Origin: Candidatus Thorarchaeota archaeon
GTDB lineage: Archaea; Asgardarchaeota; Thorarchaeia; Thorarchaeales; Thorarchaeaceae
Direction of reading: 5' to 3'
Length of the DNA: 64,000 nt
Assembly (NCBI GenBank): GCA_004524445.1
Contig: SDNP01000003.1
Location: 54,798 to 118,797 of the forward strand
The translations under genes and the position numbers were made by a program. Positions 45,212 through 54,794 of the stretch are shown here, piece by piece. The notes below the pieces were generated by a model. It searched no databases. It had not been told where the DNA came from and worked only from the letters and a program-made list of their open reading frames with translations. Position 1 is the stretch's first letter. Each line of letters begins with the position of its first letter.

Positions 45212-47242
45212 ATGAATGCTCAGAGACTTCGGGCGTTAGCTGTTGGTGTTGCCCTATTTCTTACACTGGGTCAGCTATTAGCGTATAGTGGATTCGCTCA
45301 ACCAATTGATTCAGTTGGGGATAGAAAGAAGCCCGAAGGACACAGCGTACTCTCCGGTCAGTCAATAGCAAATATGACAGAGATTTTTGAATCTGTCTGG
45401 GACGAAACCTCTGAATACAGTCTCGGAAATCTAACCAAAGAGCTCACTGAGCAATATCCTAGTAGAATTTGGGACTCACAGAACCCCGACGACTTAGAAC
45501 CAAGTCAGAATCTTATTGACGCGTGGTGGTGGGCAAATGAAACCCTGCTCAATTACACCGATAACGAGCTTGGTTTCAAACACGTGACAGAATATGAATC
45601 GCTTGTTGCAATTAGGAACGGAACCGGACCAGCACCCCGTCCCGCAATTGTCGTATCAGGAATGATTGACTCCGACAACAATCCTGGAGCGAATGACGCG
45701 GGTATAAGCGTAGCCGCAGTTCTTGAATTGGCACGAGTCATTAATGATTATGAGCTGAATTTCGACTTGTATCTTGTATTGATCAACGGTGCACACATCG
45801 AAGAAGATGTGGATTTGGGAGGCAGAGCACTCGTTGAGTGGTTAGAGGAGAATGAGGTAAAAACCTATACTACTTTCGCATTTGATAGGTTGCTCTTCCA
45901 TAGATCCCAATATGTCTATGGCAATCTCATTTCTTTGAGAAGCTTCAGCAAAAATGAGTTGTATCATCAAAATAGCTGGATTCCTGATTTGATGATAGAT
46001 CTATCGTCAACATTTGGACATTCTTGGATTCAACAAGTTGGCGACCTCGATACCGCAGAACGTTCACTTGCTTTTGAGATGTGGCAAGTAGGAAGACCAG
46101 CAATTCATGTTGCACAGGGTTTCTTCCCTGATCCCTACGCAAGTTCTGAAGATGACACTTGGGATCGTCAATATTATAGCTTTCAGAAACCGAAAGAAGC
46201 GGTCGCGATAGTAGCCTGTGTTCTTGCCAATCTAGCGATGATAGAAGTGGATACTGCGGGCTATCGATACTACCAAGGGGCTCTTTACCCAACGAATATT
46301 TCCAGTCATACCTTCACTGTATCAATATCCAGCTTTGTAAATGTGAGCTTGAGTTGGATAAATGACACGACCATGCAGGCAAGTATCATCGAGGATGAAT
46401 CGGGATCAGTGGTATATCAGCGCATCGAGTCTGACGGTTTCATTCAACTAAAATACCTCTCAATGAATGTAGGACCTCACAAAATCCGCATTGAAAATAT
46501 TGGGACCAACGGAACACAATTTTGGCTCAATTTTACCCAGTTAGAGGACTTTGATGGGGACACTTTGTCTAACCATTACGAGTTTTTGCTGAATACTAGT
46601 CCTTTCTTTTTGGATAGCGATTTTGATGGCTTGGATGATGATTTTGAAGTGAGTTTGGGTTCAGATCCAACAGAGGCAGATTCTGACGGCGATGGGGCTC
46701 TAGATTACTATGAATACACAACAGGCTCGAGCCTCTTACTCACCGATACTGATTCGGATGGAATCTCTGACGGACAGGAAGCGGAACTCGGAACGAGTCC
46801 AATAAAGGTAGATACCGATGGAGACGGGATTAGCGACTTTGATGAATGGCAAGTATACCACACAGATCCGACGCGAAAAGATACCGACGGTGATGGCCTT
46901 GATGATGGGTTTGAAATTGAATTTGGCCTTGATCCCTTATCCCCAGACACCGATGGTGACTCCTTAAGCGACCTCTTTGAGGTTCTGAATGGCCTTAATC
47001 CTCTATCGCCTGATACTGATGGAGATGGTCTATCCGATGCCTATGAAGTTGAGTACTGCCTATCGCCAACAAACCGAGATACGGATTTTGATGGGTTGCC
47101 CGATGGAATCGATTGGGATCCACATGAACACTGGATTTCAGTGGTGGCACCCGTGGGATTGCTCAGTATCATCATGTTAGCAGTCATCTACAGCCTCATG
47201 AAGTATGACATCTATACACGCATGGATGAACAAGAGGATTGA
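45212..47242 (+). CDS. Paralogous surface protein: degenerate M28-like domain, 9 Ca-binding repeats, C-terminal TM
   Basis: IDS..[15 protein letters not shown]; identical domain order to the upstream gene. Confidence 0.8.
   Translation: [676 protein letters not shown]
46547..47113 (+). repeat. Nine DxDxDG-type Ca-binding repeats, about 22-23 aa each
   Basis: DFDGD, DSDFDG, DSDGDG, DTDSDG, DTDGDG twice, DTDGDS, DTDGDG, DTDFDG. Confidence 0.85.
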
Positions 47243-47369
47243 ACCCTTTTCAGGACGCAATCTGCGATATTCCATGTCAAGAGCCAATTGCACCGAGCAT
47301 GAAATCACTAGTCATATAGAGCAGATTGAATGCTCTGTACAGAGGAAGACAATCTTAGAGGGTTGAATA

Positions 47370-48248
47370 ATGGAAACGACCAGAGTTGGACAGAGAGGCG
47401 TAGTATTTTCATTTACCGAACCGTTCCTGACAAATGTATATGTCATTTTGGGAGGAAATAGGACCTATATTTGTGACACATTCTGTGGTCCTGATTCTAT
47501 GACTGATTTGATGGCGTGGTTGAGCGAAAATGAGAACCCTGCCGAAGAGATGATTATCTTCAATTCGCACGCAGATTACGACCACATCTGGGGAAATTGC
47601 CTGTTCAAAAGCACAATTGTAGGTCACAAACTATGCCGCGAGAGGGCTATCAGAGAAGGGGAAGAGGCACTTGAGAAGTATGGTTCTCACACCCAAGGAC
47701 AGGTAAAGGTGATTCCACCCAATCTCGTGTTTGAGGATAGTGTGAGATGGACGGATGACGGAGTGATGTTCTTTCATACGCCGGGACATACAGAAGACTC
47801 TGCATCATGTTATGATGAGAGAGATCAGGTCCTATTTGTTGGTGACAATGTCGAACATCCTTTACCCTACCTGAACACCTTGGATTTCCAGACCTATCTG
47901 AATACGTTGGATTCTTACAGGAAAATGGATTGGATGGTCTTAGTCACGGGCCACGATGCAGTTCAAACGGATTCCACACTCCTTTTGACAAATAGAGAGT
48001 ATATTTCACAGATGATTCAGTGGGATGTGGATGTCTTTGAGTTGGACGATGATGCCCTCAAAATCCATGTCTACAATCTGTCCAAACTTACTTTAGATTT
48101 AGTACAGGGAAAAATCGAGAGAAAAATAGGTGAACACTTCGCTGAAGTCATGATGAAAATAGCCCAAGCTTCAGATTTGGAAATTGATGATAAATCGATG
48201 AAAAGACTCCGAGATGTAGCAAGTGAAACTCAAGCCAATCGCCTGTAG
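47370..48248 (+). CDS. MBL-fold metallo-hydrolase
   Basis: SHADYDHIWGN, PGHT, GD, GH. Confidence 0.88.
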   Translation: METTRVGQRGVVFSFTEPFLTNVYVILGGNRTYICDTFCGPDSMTDLMAWLSENENPAEEMIIFNSHADYDHIWGNCLFKSTIVGHKLCRERAIREGEEALEKYGSHTQGQVKVIPPNLVFEDSVRWTDDGVMFFHTPGHTEDSASCYDERDQVLFVGDNVEHPLPYLNTLDFQTYLNTLDSYRKMDWMVLVTGHDAVQTDSTLLLTNREYISQMIQWDVDVFELDDDALKIHVYNLSKLTLDLVQGKIERKIGEHFAEVMMKIAQASDLEIDDKSMKRLRDVASETQANRL

Positions 48249-48288
48249 CAAAATACTCATCTTGTAATAAGAAAGAATTCAAAGAACC

Positions 48289-49152
48289 ATGAAGGACATC
48301 GAAGTCGAGAATTTCAGTCTCAAAGCATCAGTGGAATGTGGACAGACTTTCAGCTGGAAGAGGGCCGGAGCAGGTTACGTAAACGCGGATGTTGGACAGG
48401 TTATTTACGTTGAGCAACAGGATGATGTTCTCTATTACGAAACCTCTGATTTTTCCATGAATGTTGAGAGGCTTCTGAGGCTTGACGACCCGCTGCAAGA
48501 CATTCAACGAGAAATCAACAAGGATAGTCTCATACAGAAAAGCATCCAATATGCACCGGGCTTACGCATTGTCAACGACCCTTTCTACCCCTGTCTCATC
48601 TCCTTCATCTCTTCCACGAGAAAGAACATACCTTCGATAAAGAGGATTCTCGATAATCTCAGAGAACGCTACGGCACTCGATTCGATTTCCGAGGTGCCT
48701 CATATTATGGAATGCCCACCCCCGAACAAATGAGCAATGTGACGGTACAAGACCTGAGGAGATGTGAACTGGGTTACCGTGCCAAGTTCATTAGACGCTC
48801 AACAGAAGCAATTCTCACTGGAGAGACGCAGCCGGACAGAATTGCAGAGATGCCATATGAAGAAGCTCATTCTGAGTTGAAGAAGCTGCATGGGGTTGGA
48901 AACAAGGTGGCAGATTGCGTCTGTCTCTTTTCACTGGGACACTTGGAAGCGTTCCCCATAGATGTTTGGATAGAAAGGGCAATTAAACAACAGAATGATA
49001 TCTTCGAGGGGGCGGGAAAATCTTATGCGAAGAAATCGGAGGCAGCAAGGAAATACTATGGCAAGTATGCTGGATATGCTCAGGAGTATCTCTATTTCTA
49101 TACACGCAGCACCTATGACACCAATCAGTTTGGAAAAGAAAAGCATTGTTGA
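48289..49152 (+). CDS. ogg1: 8-oxoguanine DNA glycosylase, OGG1 family
   Basis: ECGQTFSW N-domain, LGYRAK, HhH GVGNKVADC, FPIDVW, YAGYAQEYLY. Confidence 0.88.
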   Translation: MKDIEVENFSLKASVECGQTFSWKRAGAGYVNADVGQVIYVEQQDDVLYYETSDFSMNVERLLRLDDPLQDIQREINKDSLIQKSIQYAPGLRIVNDPFYPCLISFISSTRKNIPSIKRILDNLRERYGTRFDFRGASYYGMPTPEQMSNVTVQDLRRCELGYRAKFIRRSTEAILTGETQPDRIAEMPYEEAHSELKKLHGVGNKVADCVCLFSLGHLEAFPIDVWIERAIKQQNDIFEGAGKSYAKKSEAARKYYGKYAGYAQEYLYFYTRSTYDTNQFGKEKHC

Positions 49153-49219
49153 TAGAGCATCTTTGATTTCATGTACTCGCATCTCTTACTAGACTGAGTT
49201 AGAAAGGACTTAATCCGCT

Positions 49220-50341
49220 TCAGAAACTCTGTTTCTTTTCCTTCTTTTCAGCATACCAAGAACGGTTCTCCACGTCGTTCGATATCTCCCACGCGCGGGT
49301 CTGATAGAACTGTAGCGGATGGAGAATGTATTCGCATAGTGGGTCGAAGGCAGCACCCAAGTAGACGGGGCATAGCGTATTTCCCTGCATCTTTTGACAG
49401 CTAGGAGGTGTGTACCCCTCTCCGCCCTTTGAGGCAATATGATGAACTTGGTATTTCGCTAGTTGACCACCACCAAAATCAGGAGCAGGCTGAAAAACGC
49501 TCAAGACCTCCTCCTCGGTCATACCGATTTTCAGCAGAAAGGCGGCGAGAGCGAATCTAGCCTCATGAGAGAGATTCTTCCCTTGGACCGAATCGGAATG
49601 CATCTGGGCCATGCAGGGTGGAAACGCAGAAACCATATTCTCAGTAATTTCGATAGGTCGCGTACTCCGAATCTTGCTTTTCAGCTCGCTCTCAATCCGT
49701 TGAATTTGCAGGGTCAAATTGCTAGGCAGGCTCGGAATGTTGATGGAGCTATCAAGTATTAATTTTTTAAATTTCCCCGAGATTAATCGATTCAACTCGG
49801 ACTGCTTTATTGCCAACCACCCATCCTTGACATGTCTATTGACCAGTTTCCATTCGGCAGAATGAAATGAGGGGGCAACCTCGAGATAATTCTCAAATCT
49901 GATATCAAGGTCAAACGTTCGAATGTGATATGGTAACTTTGCCTTGTGGGTTCCCTCACCTATTGGTTTTATGCCCCAATCAAAGGAATCGCTGGCGAGA
50001 CGGATAACAAAATCAGCTGGTTCTTTGCGCAAATGTTTGTTAACCATCTTTGACTCAGCTTCGGCTTGGTACATCTTCAATCGAGGATTGCCTATCTTTT
50101 CAGTCATTATTCTTGCAGTCTGATAGATTAGATGGTCGTACTCGTGATTCGTGTTGACTGTCTGAATCTCTTCCTGATCTAGGGCTGCTAAGACCCTGTT
50201 TGCTGCCTCCTCCACAACATACTCTCCCTCTCGAGTTTCAATTCTCTCAATGAGCTCCTCTATGTCTTTTGCGATGTTTCTGGTGGCTAGTCTGGATTCT
50301 TTTGAGAACGGATATCTCAGAAGTTGGAGTCTTGTCGGCAG
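49220..50341 (-). CDS. priL: DNA primase large subunit (probable CTG start)
   Basis: FPPCM, HEARF, F..APDF, YQV.HI, YTPPSC..C..C Fe-S domain; conserved N-terminal YPF lies upstream of GTG 50215. Confidence 0.92.
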   Translation of the reverse strand: MPTRLQLLRYPFSKESRLATRNIAKDIEELIERIETREGEYVVEEAANRVLAALDQEEIQTVNTNHEYDHLIYQTARIMTEKIGNPRLKMYQAEAESKMVNKHLRKEPADFVIRLASDSFDWGIKPIGEGTHKAKLPYHIRTFDLDIRFENYLEVAPSFHSAEWKLVNRHVKDGWLAIKQSELNRLISGKFKKLILDSSINIPSLPSNLTLQIQRIESELKSKIRSTRPIEITENMVSAFPPCMAQMHSDSVQGKNLSHEARFALAAFLLKIGMTEEEVLSVFQPAPDFGGGQLAKYQVHHIASKGGEGYTPPSCQKMQGNTLCPVYLGAAFDPLCEYILHPLQFYQTRAWEISNDVENRSWYAEKKEKKQSF

Positions 50342-50387
50342 TTATTCACACCTCTTATCGATGACGGGTATCTCGCCACTTGAGTAT

Positions 50388-50588
50388 TTAGTTTTCAAAG
50401 GTAAGCTGGTAGCTGTCATGACCTCTACCGTAGAAATGATTTCCGCATGAAGCACAACTGAATGTTCGAATACCACGAATTCGGCACCACTGTTCCAGTA
50501 CTCTGTGAATTTTTTCGCTACCAGACTTGGGGCACTTTAGCTCAGCATCATCATATGCCCATTGTGAATTATAGCAGTCAGGTGGCAT
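50388..50588 (-). CDS. Small Zn-ribbon-like protein
   Basis: CPKSGS...CASCG knuckles; co-oriented in the gene run. Confidence 0.55.
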   Translation of the reverse strand: MPPDCYNSQWAYDDAELKCPKSGSEKIHRVLEQWCRIRGIRTFSCASCGNHFYGRGHDSYQLTFEN

Positions 50589-50602
50589 TGTAATCTACTC
50601 TG

Positions 50603-51268
50603 TTAATCTGCTCCATGCCTTTTTACTCCCGACAATATCCCTCGGAATGAATGAGTTTTTCTATGTCGTACCTCCTCAAAGCCAGCTTCGAGAAGGAGGT
50701 CATGCAAGTCATCAAGAGAATTCTTGCACATGTGTGGGTAGCGTGCTCTCGCCTGTGATTCATCCATACCCTGTTCGATCATAGCTTGAACGAAGGCCTC
50801 GGGTTTTCCAGAAATGAAATCAAGTAACACATACTCGCCATTTGGACACAGGGTTCTCTTGACGCGTTCTAGTAGCTTAAGTGGGTTTTTAACTTCATGA
50901 ATCACGTACCCACTAAACGCTAGGTTGATGACCGACGATTCTAGTTCTATTTGTTCGTCGTCAAAATCTGTCTTCTGAAGGGCAATCTTGTTTTGTGGTA
51001 GAACAGTTAGCAAGAATTCCTCTGCTTGTGACAGCATCTCACCGCTTTCATCGAACCCATAGACCGCGGTCGCTCCGAGCTTCTTGACCGAATCAACCAA
51101 AAACAATCCCGGTCCACATCCAAAGTCTGCTACAACATCAGGATGAGGATTACGGATGATATCGCAGAATGCGGACCAAAAATCTACACCATAACGGCGA
51201 TTATATGATTCTGCGAGACTTTGAACACGTTCTGGGTCGGCCCAATCAGCTTTTGCCAAATTGTCCAT
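50603..51268 (-). CDS. Class I SAM-dependent methyltransferase
   Basis: ADFGCGPG, GFDES..ML, HEV. Confidence 0.88.
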   Translation of the reverse strand: MDNLAKADWADPERVQSLAESYNRRYGVDFWSAFCDIIRNPHPDVVADFGCGPGLFLVDSVKKLGATAVYGFDESGEMLSQAEEFLLTVLPQNKIALQKTDFDDEQIELESSVINLAFSGYVIHEVKNPLKLLERVKRTLCPNGEYVLLDFISGKPEAFVQAMIEQGMDESQARARYPHMCKNSLDDLHDLLLEAGFEEVRHRKTHSFRGILSGVKRHGAD

Positions 51269-51270
51269 TA

Positions 51271-51807
51271 TCAGCTTCTTCCTAAAATCAAGTCTGCTCT
51301 CAGAAGGAGATCAGACAGTTCGCCCAGACTCTGACGCAGAATTTCGGAATCACTATAGAGCTGCCTGAGTTCTTCTCGTTTCTCATCAAGTGAGAGGTCT
51401 TTCTCATTAATTATTTGGTAAACGGCATTTGGACGCTCTGCCCACCGACATAATTCCATGAGTTCAGTACTCAGGAACAAGACAACAGGGGTCTTTCTCT
51501 TGCCATTTATTCGGTAATTCTGATGAAACCGAGCATGCTTATCACTATCTAGCACCCTGACCTCAACATGTGGGGAATACGAAGCCATTCTAGCAATGAC
51601 GGGGAGATTACCTGCAGTATCATTGCATCTGTCAGTACCAATTACCAGAATTTTGATATCATGTTGTATACTTGATAGAAGATCCTCATCTTGCTCATCT
51701 AGCATGATATCATCATATCTTGCTTTCATCAATTCTACATGTTCTCTAGCAGTTTCAAGGAATTTCTCATATTCGATGGCCTCATTCCATTCTGAGATTT
51801 CAGTCAT
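51271..51807 (-). CDS. Thioredoxin-like protein (Thioredoxin_9-type, CxxT)
   Basis: ILVIGTDRCNDT...P, NGKRKTP, WAERP. Confidence 0.8.
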   Translation of the reverse strand: MTEISEWNEAIEYEKFLETAREHVELMKARYDDIMLDEQDEDLLSSIQHDIKILVIGTDRCNDTAGNLPVIARMASYSPHVEVRVLDSDKHARFHQNYRINGKRKTPVVLFLSTELMELCRWAERPNAVYQIINEKDLSLDEKREELRQLYSDSEILRQSLGELSDLLLRADLILGRS

Positions 51808-51980
51808 GCTTTTCACTTCAATTATTGATTTAGCAGAATTCTACCGGAGGAACCGGTGCAAAGACATTGGTTTTGGATGAATAAAAGGGTTTTCTGATGA
51901 CACCCAGGACCTTTTAGTTCCTTGATAGGTAGCAAGAAAACCCATAAAATCAATATAACTTCTGGGGAGTGAGAGCTCCC

Positions 51981-52673
51981 ATGGCAATGAATCCGGTGGA
52001 CTGTATTCTTCAAGAATTAATGAAAAGAGCCGATATTGAACAAGCAAGAAATATAGCTAGATACCTCAAAATGCCCGTGCATAGTGTATTTGGTGTCAAG
52101 CTGCCTTTCATCCATAAAGCGGTCGACAAATGTACGAAAGAAGTCGATACAAACGGACTAATTCAAATTATGCAAGAACTGTGGAAACTTGGAAAACATG
52201 AAACGAGAGTAGCAGCAATTGACGTTATGAAAAAATATGCCAAGGAGGGCGATGTCAAGACCGCCTTGAAGATAGCCTCAGAATGGATTGAAGAAGTTGA
52301 TACATGGGCGCATATGGACCCACTGGGATCTAATTGTATCGGAACTCTTCTACTCCGAGATTCAGGCATAGAGAACATTCTACAGGACTGGGCATCAGCA
52401 GAGAACTTCTGGCGACGTCGTGCATCTATTCTTCCGTACCTGCATCTATCCAAGAAGACCGTCTATAAAGGGGAGTTCGCAGAGAGAATATTGGGAGCCA
52501 TCAAGCCACATATTGACGATGAGGAATTCTTTGTTGGGAAGGCGGCGGCATGGGTTTTACGCGAATTCAGCAAGAGAGAACCTGAGAGGGCCGGAGAGTT
52601 CATTAGAGAAAATAGGAATAAGATGACATCTTTGGTTTTGAGAGAAGGAAGTAGAAAATTAGAGGATATTTAG
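51981..52673 (+). CDS. AlkD-like DNA alkylation repair HEAT-repeat protein
   Basis: GVKLP, HETR, TWAHMD, W...ENFWRRR, EFFVGKAAAWVLRE. Confidence 0.87.
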   Translation: MAMNPVDCILQELMKRADIEQARNIARYLKMPVHSVFGVKLPFIHKAVDKCTKEVDTNGLIQIMQELWKLGKHETRVAAIDVMKKYAKEGDVKTALKIASEWIEEVDTWAHMDPLGSNCIGTLLLRDSGIENILQDWASAENFWRRRASILPYLHLSKKTVYKGEFAERILGAIKPHIDDEEFFVGKAAAWVLREFSKREPERAGEFIRENRNKMTSLVLREGSRKLEDI

Positions 52674-52745
52674 ACGCGCAATACTTTCGGCAATCTGTTG
52701 CGCTTATTTAACCGGACGAACATATCTAATCAGAGGCAGCAAGAC

Positions 52746-53867
52746 TTGAAACGCTCGGGCATAGCAGATCTCAAACTACATCCCGGCAAGGCACCCCATT
52801 GGCTAGTCAAGCGAATGATTCCTATGGCTAGTGCTTTATGCGAATTCATAGTAGATGAGTATGGCACTCTCGAACTCCTGAAGCGACTTTCAGATCCTGT
52901 GTGGTTTCAAGCTCTCTCTAATGCTCTCGGATATGATTGGGATTCCAGCGGTAGCACTACCGTCACTTGTGGAGTTTTGAAGGCTGCCTTGAGCTTCGAG
53001 AAGCATGGGATGATTGGGGCCGGGGGCAAGGGCATAGCCTCAAGAAAAACACCAGGACAACTTCGTGCGCTAGAGGACTACGGTCTAGATGGCGCAGGGC
53101 TTGCAGAGACTAGCAAGGCCGTCGCCAAAATCGACAATGCAGCCCTACAAGACGGATACAACCTCTATCAGCATGTCTTCTTCGTTGACGGAGATGAAAA
53201 CTGGACAGTTGTGCAACAAGGTATGGACCAACAATCTGATGATGCACGGAGGTATCACTGGACGTCAGAGGCATTTCATGGCTTCATTGAGGAACCGCAC
53301 ACTGGCATGATCTCCAGAGATGTCAAGAAGTCCACCCTTGATATGACTTCGAAAGAATCAGAGGAGTGCCGGAAGACATCACTGGATGTTGCTAAAGAGG
53401 GGGAATTGCGCGTTCGTCGTCTCTTCAATGATATCAAATCATACGGGAAGACAACCTTGATACCTTGGATTGAAGGTATGGATCAACCAACCGAACTTCC
53501 GTCGTACAAGGTGATACCACACCGGATGGAATGGGGAGCAGTACGTGCAGCCTATGAAGCTAATCCTAACGATTACGAACAACTCATTCTCATGGAGGGC
53601 ATGGGGCCTGCAACTGTCAGAGGCTTATCACTCATATCCGACCTTATTTTTGGTGACGAACCATCATGGTCAGACCCTGTCAGGATGACTTTTGCTTTCG
53701 GAGGAAAGGATGGCGTGCCGTTCCCGGTCCCTCGCAAGGCATATGATGAGGCAATCTCATTCTTGGAGAGGGTCTTGGAAGACGCTAAGCTTGGCCGTAG
53801 AGACCAAGTGGTGGGACTGAGAAAACTCAGGAAATTTTCTCCACCGGTTATACGAAATGGTAGCTAG
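52746..53867 (+). CDS. DUF763 family protein
   Basis: SGIADLKLH.GKAP.WL, DWDSSGSTT, LQDGY.LY, FAFGGKDGVPFPV. Confidence 0.88.
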   Translation: MKRSGIADLKLHPGKAPHWLVKRMIPMASALCEFIVDEYGTLELLKRLSDPVWFQALSNALGYDWDSSGSTTVTCGVLKAALSFEKHGMIGAGGKGIASRKTPGQLRALEDYGLDGAGLAETSKAVAKIDNAALQDGYNLYQHVFFVDGDENWTVVQQGMDQQSDDARRYHWTSEAFHGFIEEPHTGMISRDVKKSTLDMTSKESEECRKTSLDVAKEGELRVRRLFNDIKSYGKTTLIPWIEGMDQPTELPSYKVIPHRMEWGAVRAAYEANPNDYEQLILMEGMGPATVRGLSLISDLIFGDEPSWSDPVRMTFAFGGKDGVPFPVPRKAYDEAISFLERVLEDAKLGRRDQVVGLRKLRKFSPPVIRNGS

Positions 53868-53874
53868 AACTGAA

Positions 53875-53928
53875 ATCCCACACGAAAGGCCGTGCGGGAT
53901 AAATCTCTTGATTGGAGTCATTTTTTTC
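53875..53928 (+). terminator. Hairpin plus downstream T8 tract
   Basis: ATCCCACACG-aaaggc-CGTGCGGGAT, then tttttttt about 20 nt later. Confidence 0.45.
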
Positions 53929-53999
53929 CGCAAATTTGCCAGTCAAGAAGTTAAATTGATGGATAGAAGTACTCATAAACCCTTGTTTATTATAGTTAA

Positions 54000-54794
54000 T
54001 TGATGGATATGAGTGATAGAACGATCACTGACTTGTGTTTCGGAATAGAAGACCAAACAGCCATAGTGACAGGAGCGTCATCAGGGCTTGGAGTCACATT
54101 CGCAGAAGCCCTCGCTGAAGCTGGGGCAAATGTGGCAATCTGCGCACGAAGATATGAGAAACTGAAAAATGTAGCTGATAGAATAGAACAAGAAACAGGT
54201 TCCAAAGTTTTGCCTGTTGAAGCGGACGTTACTATAGAAGAAGATGTAGAGAAACTCGTCAAAACCACAGTAGACGAATTTGGATCACTAGAGATTCTAG
54301 TTAATAATGCAGGAATTGCAGCTATGGAAGAATCAGTTAAAATGCCCATCAAGACCTGGAGAAAAGTTATCGATGTGAATCTTACTGGTGTCTTTCTTGT
54401 TTCAAGAGTGGCTGCCAAAGAGATGATGAAAAACAATTATGGCAAGATAATCAATATTGCCAGCATCTATGGTCAAGTAGGAGACCGATTTCATGCAGCA
54501 CCGTATTATGCATCAAAAGCCGCAGTCATAAACCTCACAAGAGCTCACGCAATCGAATGGGCAGAATATCAAATCAATGTCAATTCAATTTCACCAGGAT
54601 TCTTCCCGAGTGAGATGACAGAGGATATCTTCGAAAATGAGGAAACTCTTGAATTAATCAAGTCTAGGACAGCTCTTGGACGCACCGGAAAGCCCTTTGA
54701 CCTCAAGGGAGCCGTCATCTATTTGTCGTCTCCGGCAGCAAACTATGTCACCGCCGAGAATATCAATGTAGACGGTGGATGGACAGCTCTGTGA
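54000..54794 (+). CDS. Short-chain dehydrogenase/reductase (gluconate 5-dehydrogenase-like)
   Basis: TGASSGLG, NNAG, YYASK, PGFFPS, VDGG. Confidence 0.92.
   Translation: MMDMSDRTITDLCFGIEDQTAIVTGASSGLGVTFAEALAEAGANVAICARRYEKLKNVADRIEQETGSKVLPVEADVTIEEDVEKLVKTTVDEFGSLEILVNNAGIAAMEESVKMPIKTWRKVIDVNLTGVFLVSRVAAKEMMKNNYGKIINIASIYGQVGDRFHAAPYYASKAAVINLTRAHAIEWAEYQINVNSISPGFFPSEMTEDIFENEETLELIKSRTALGRTGKPFDLKGAVIYLSSPAANYVTAENINVDGGWTAL

Noticed and set aside
44444-47113. CRISPR-like or DNA tandem repeats
   Set aside because: The repeats are degenerate at DNA level, in frame, and explained by protein Ca-binding repeats
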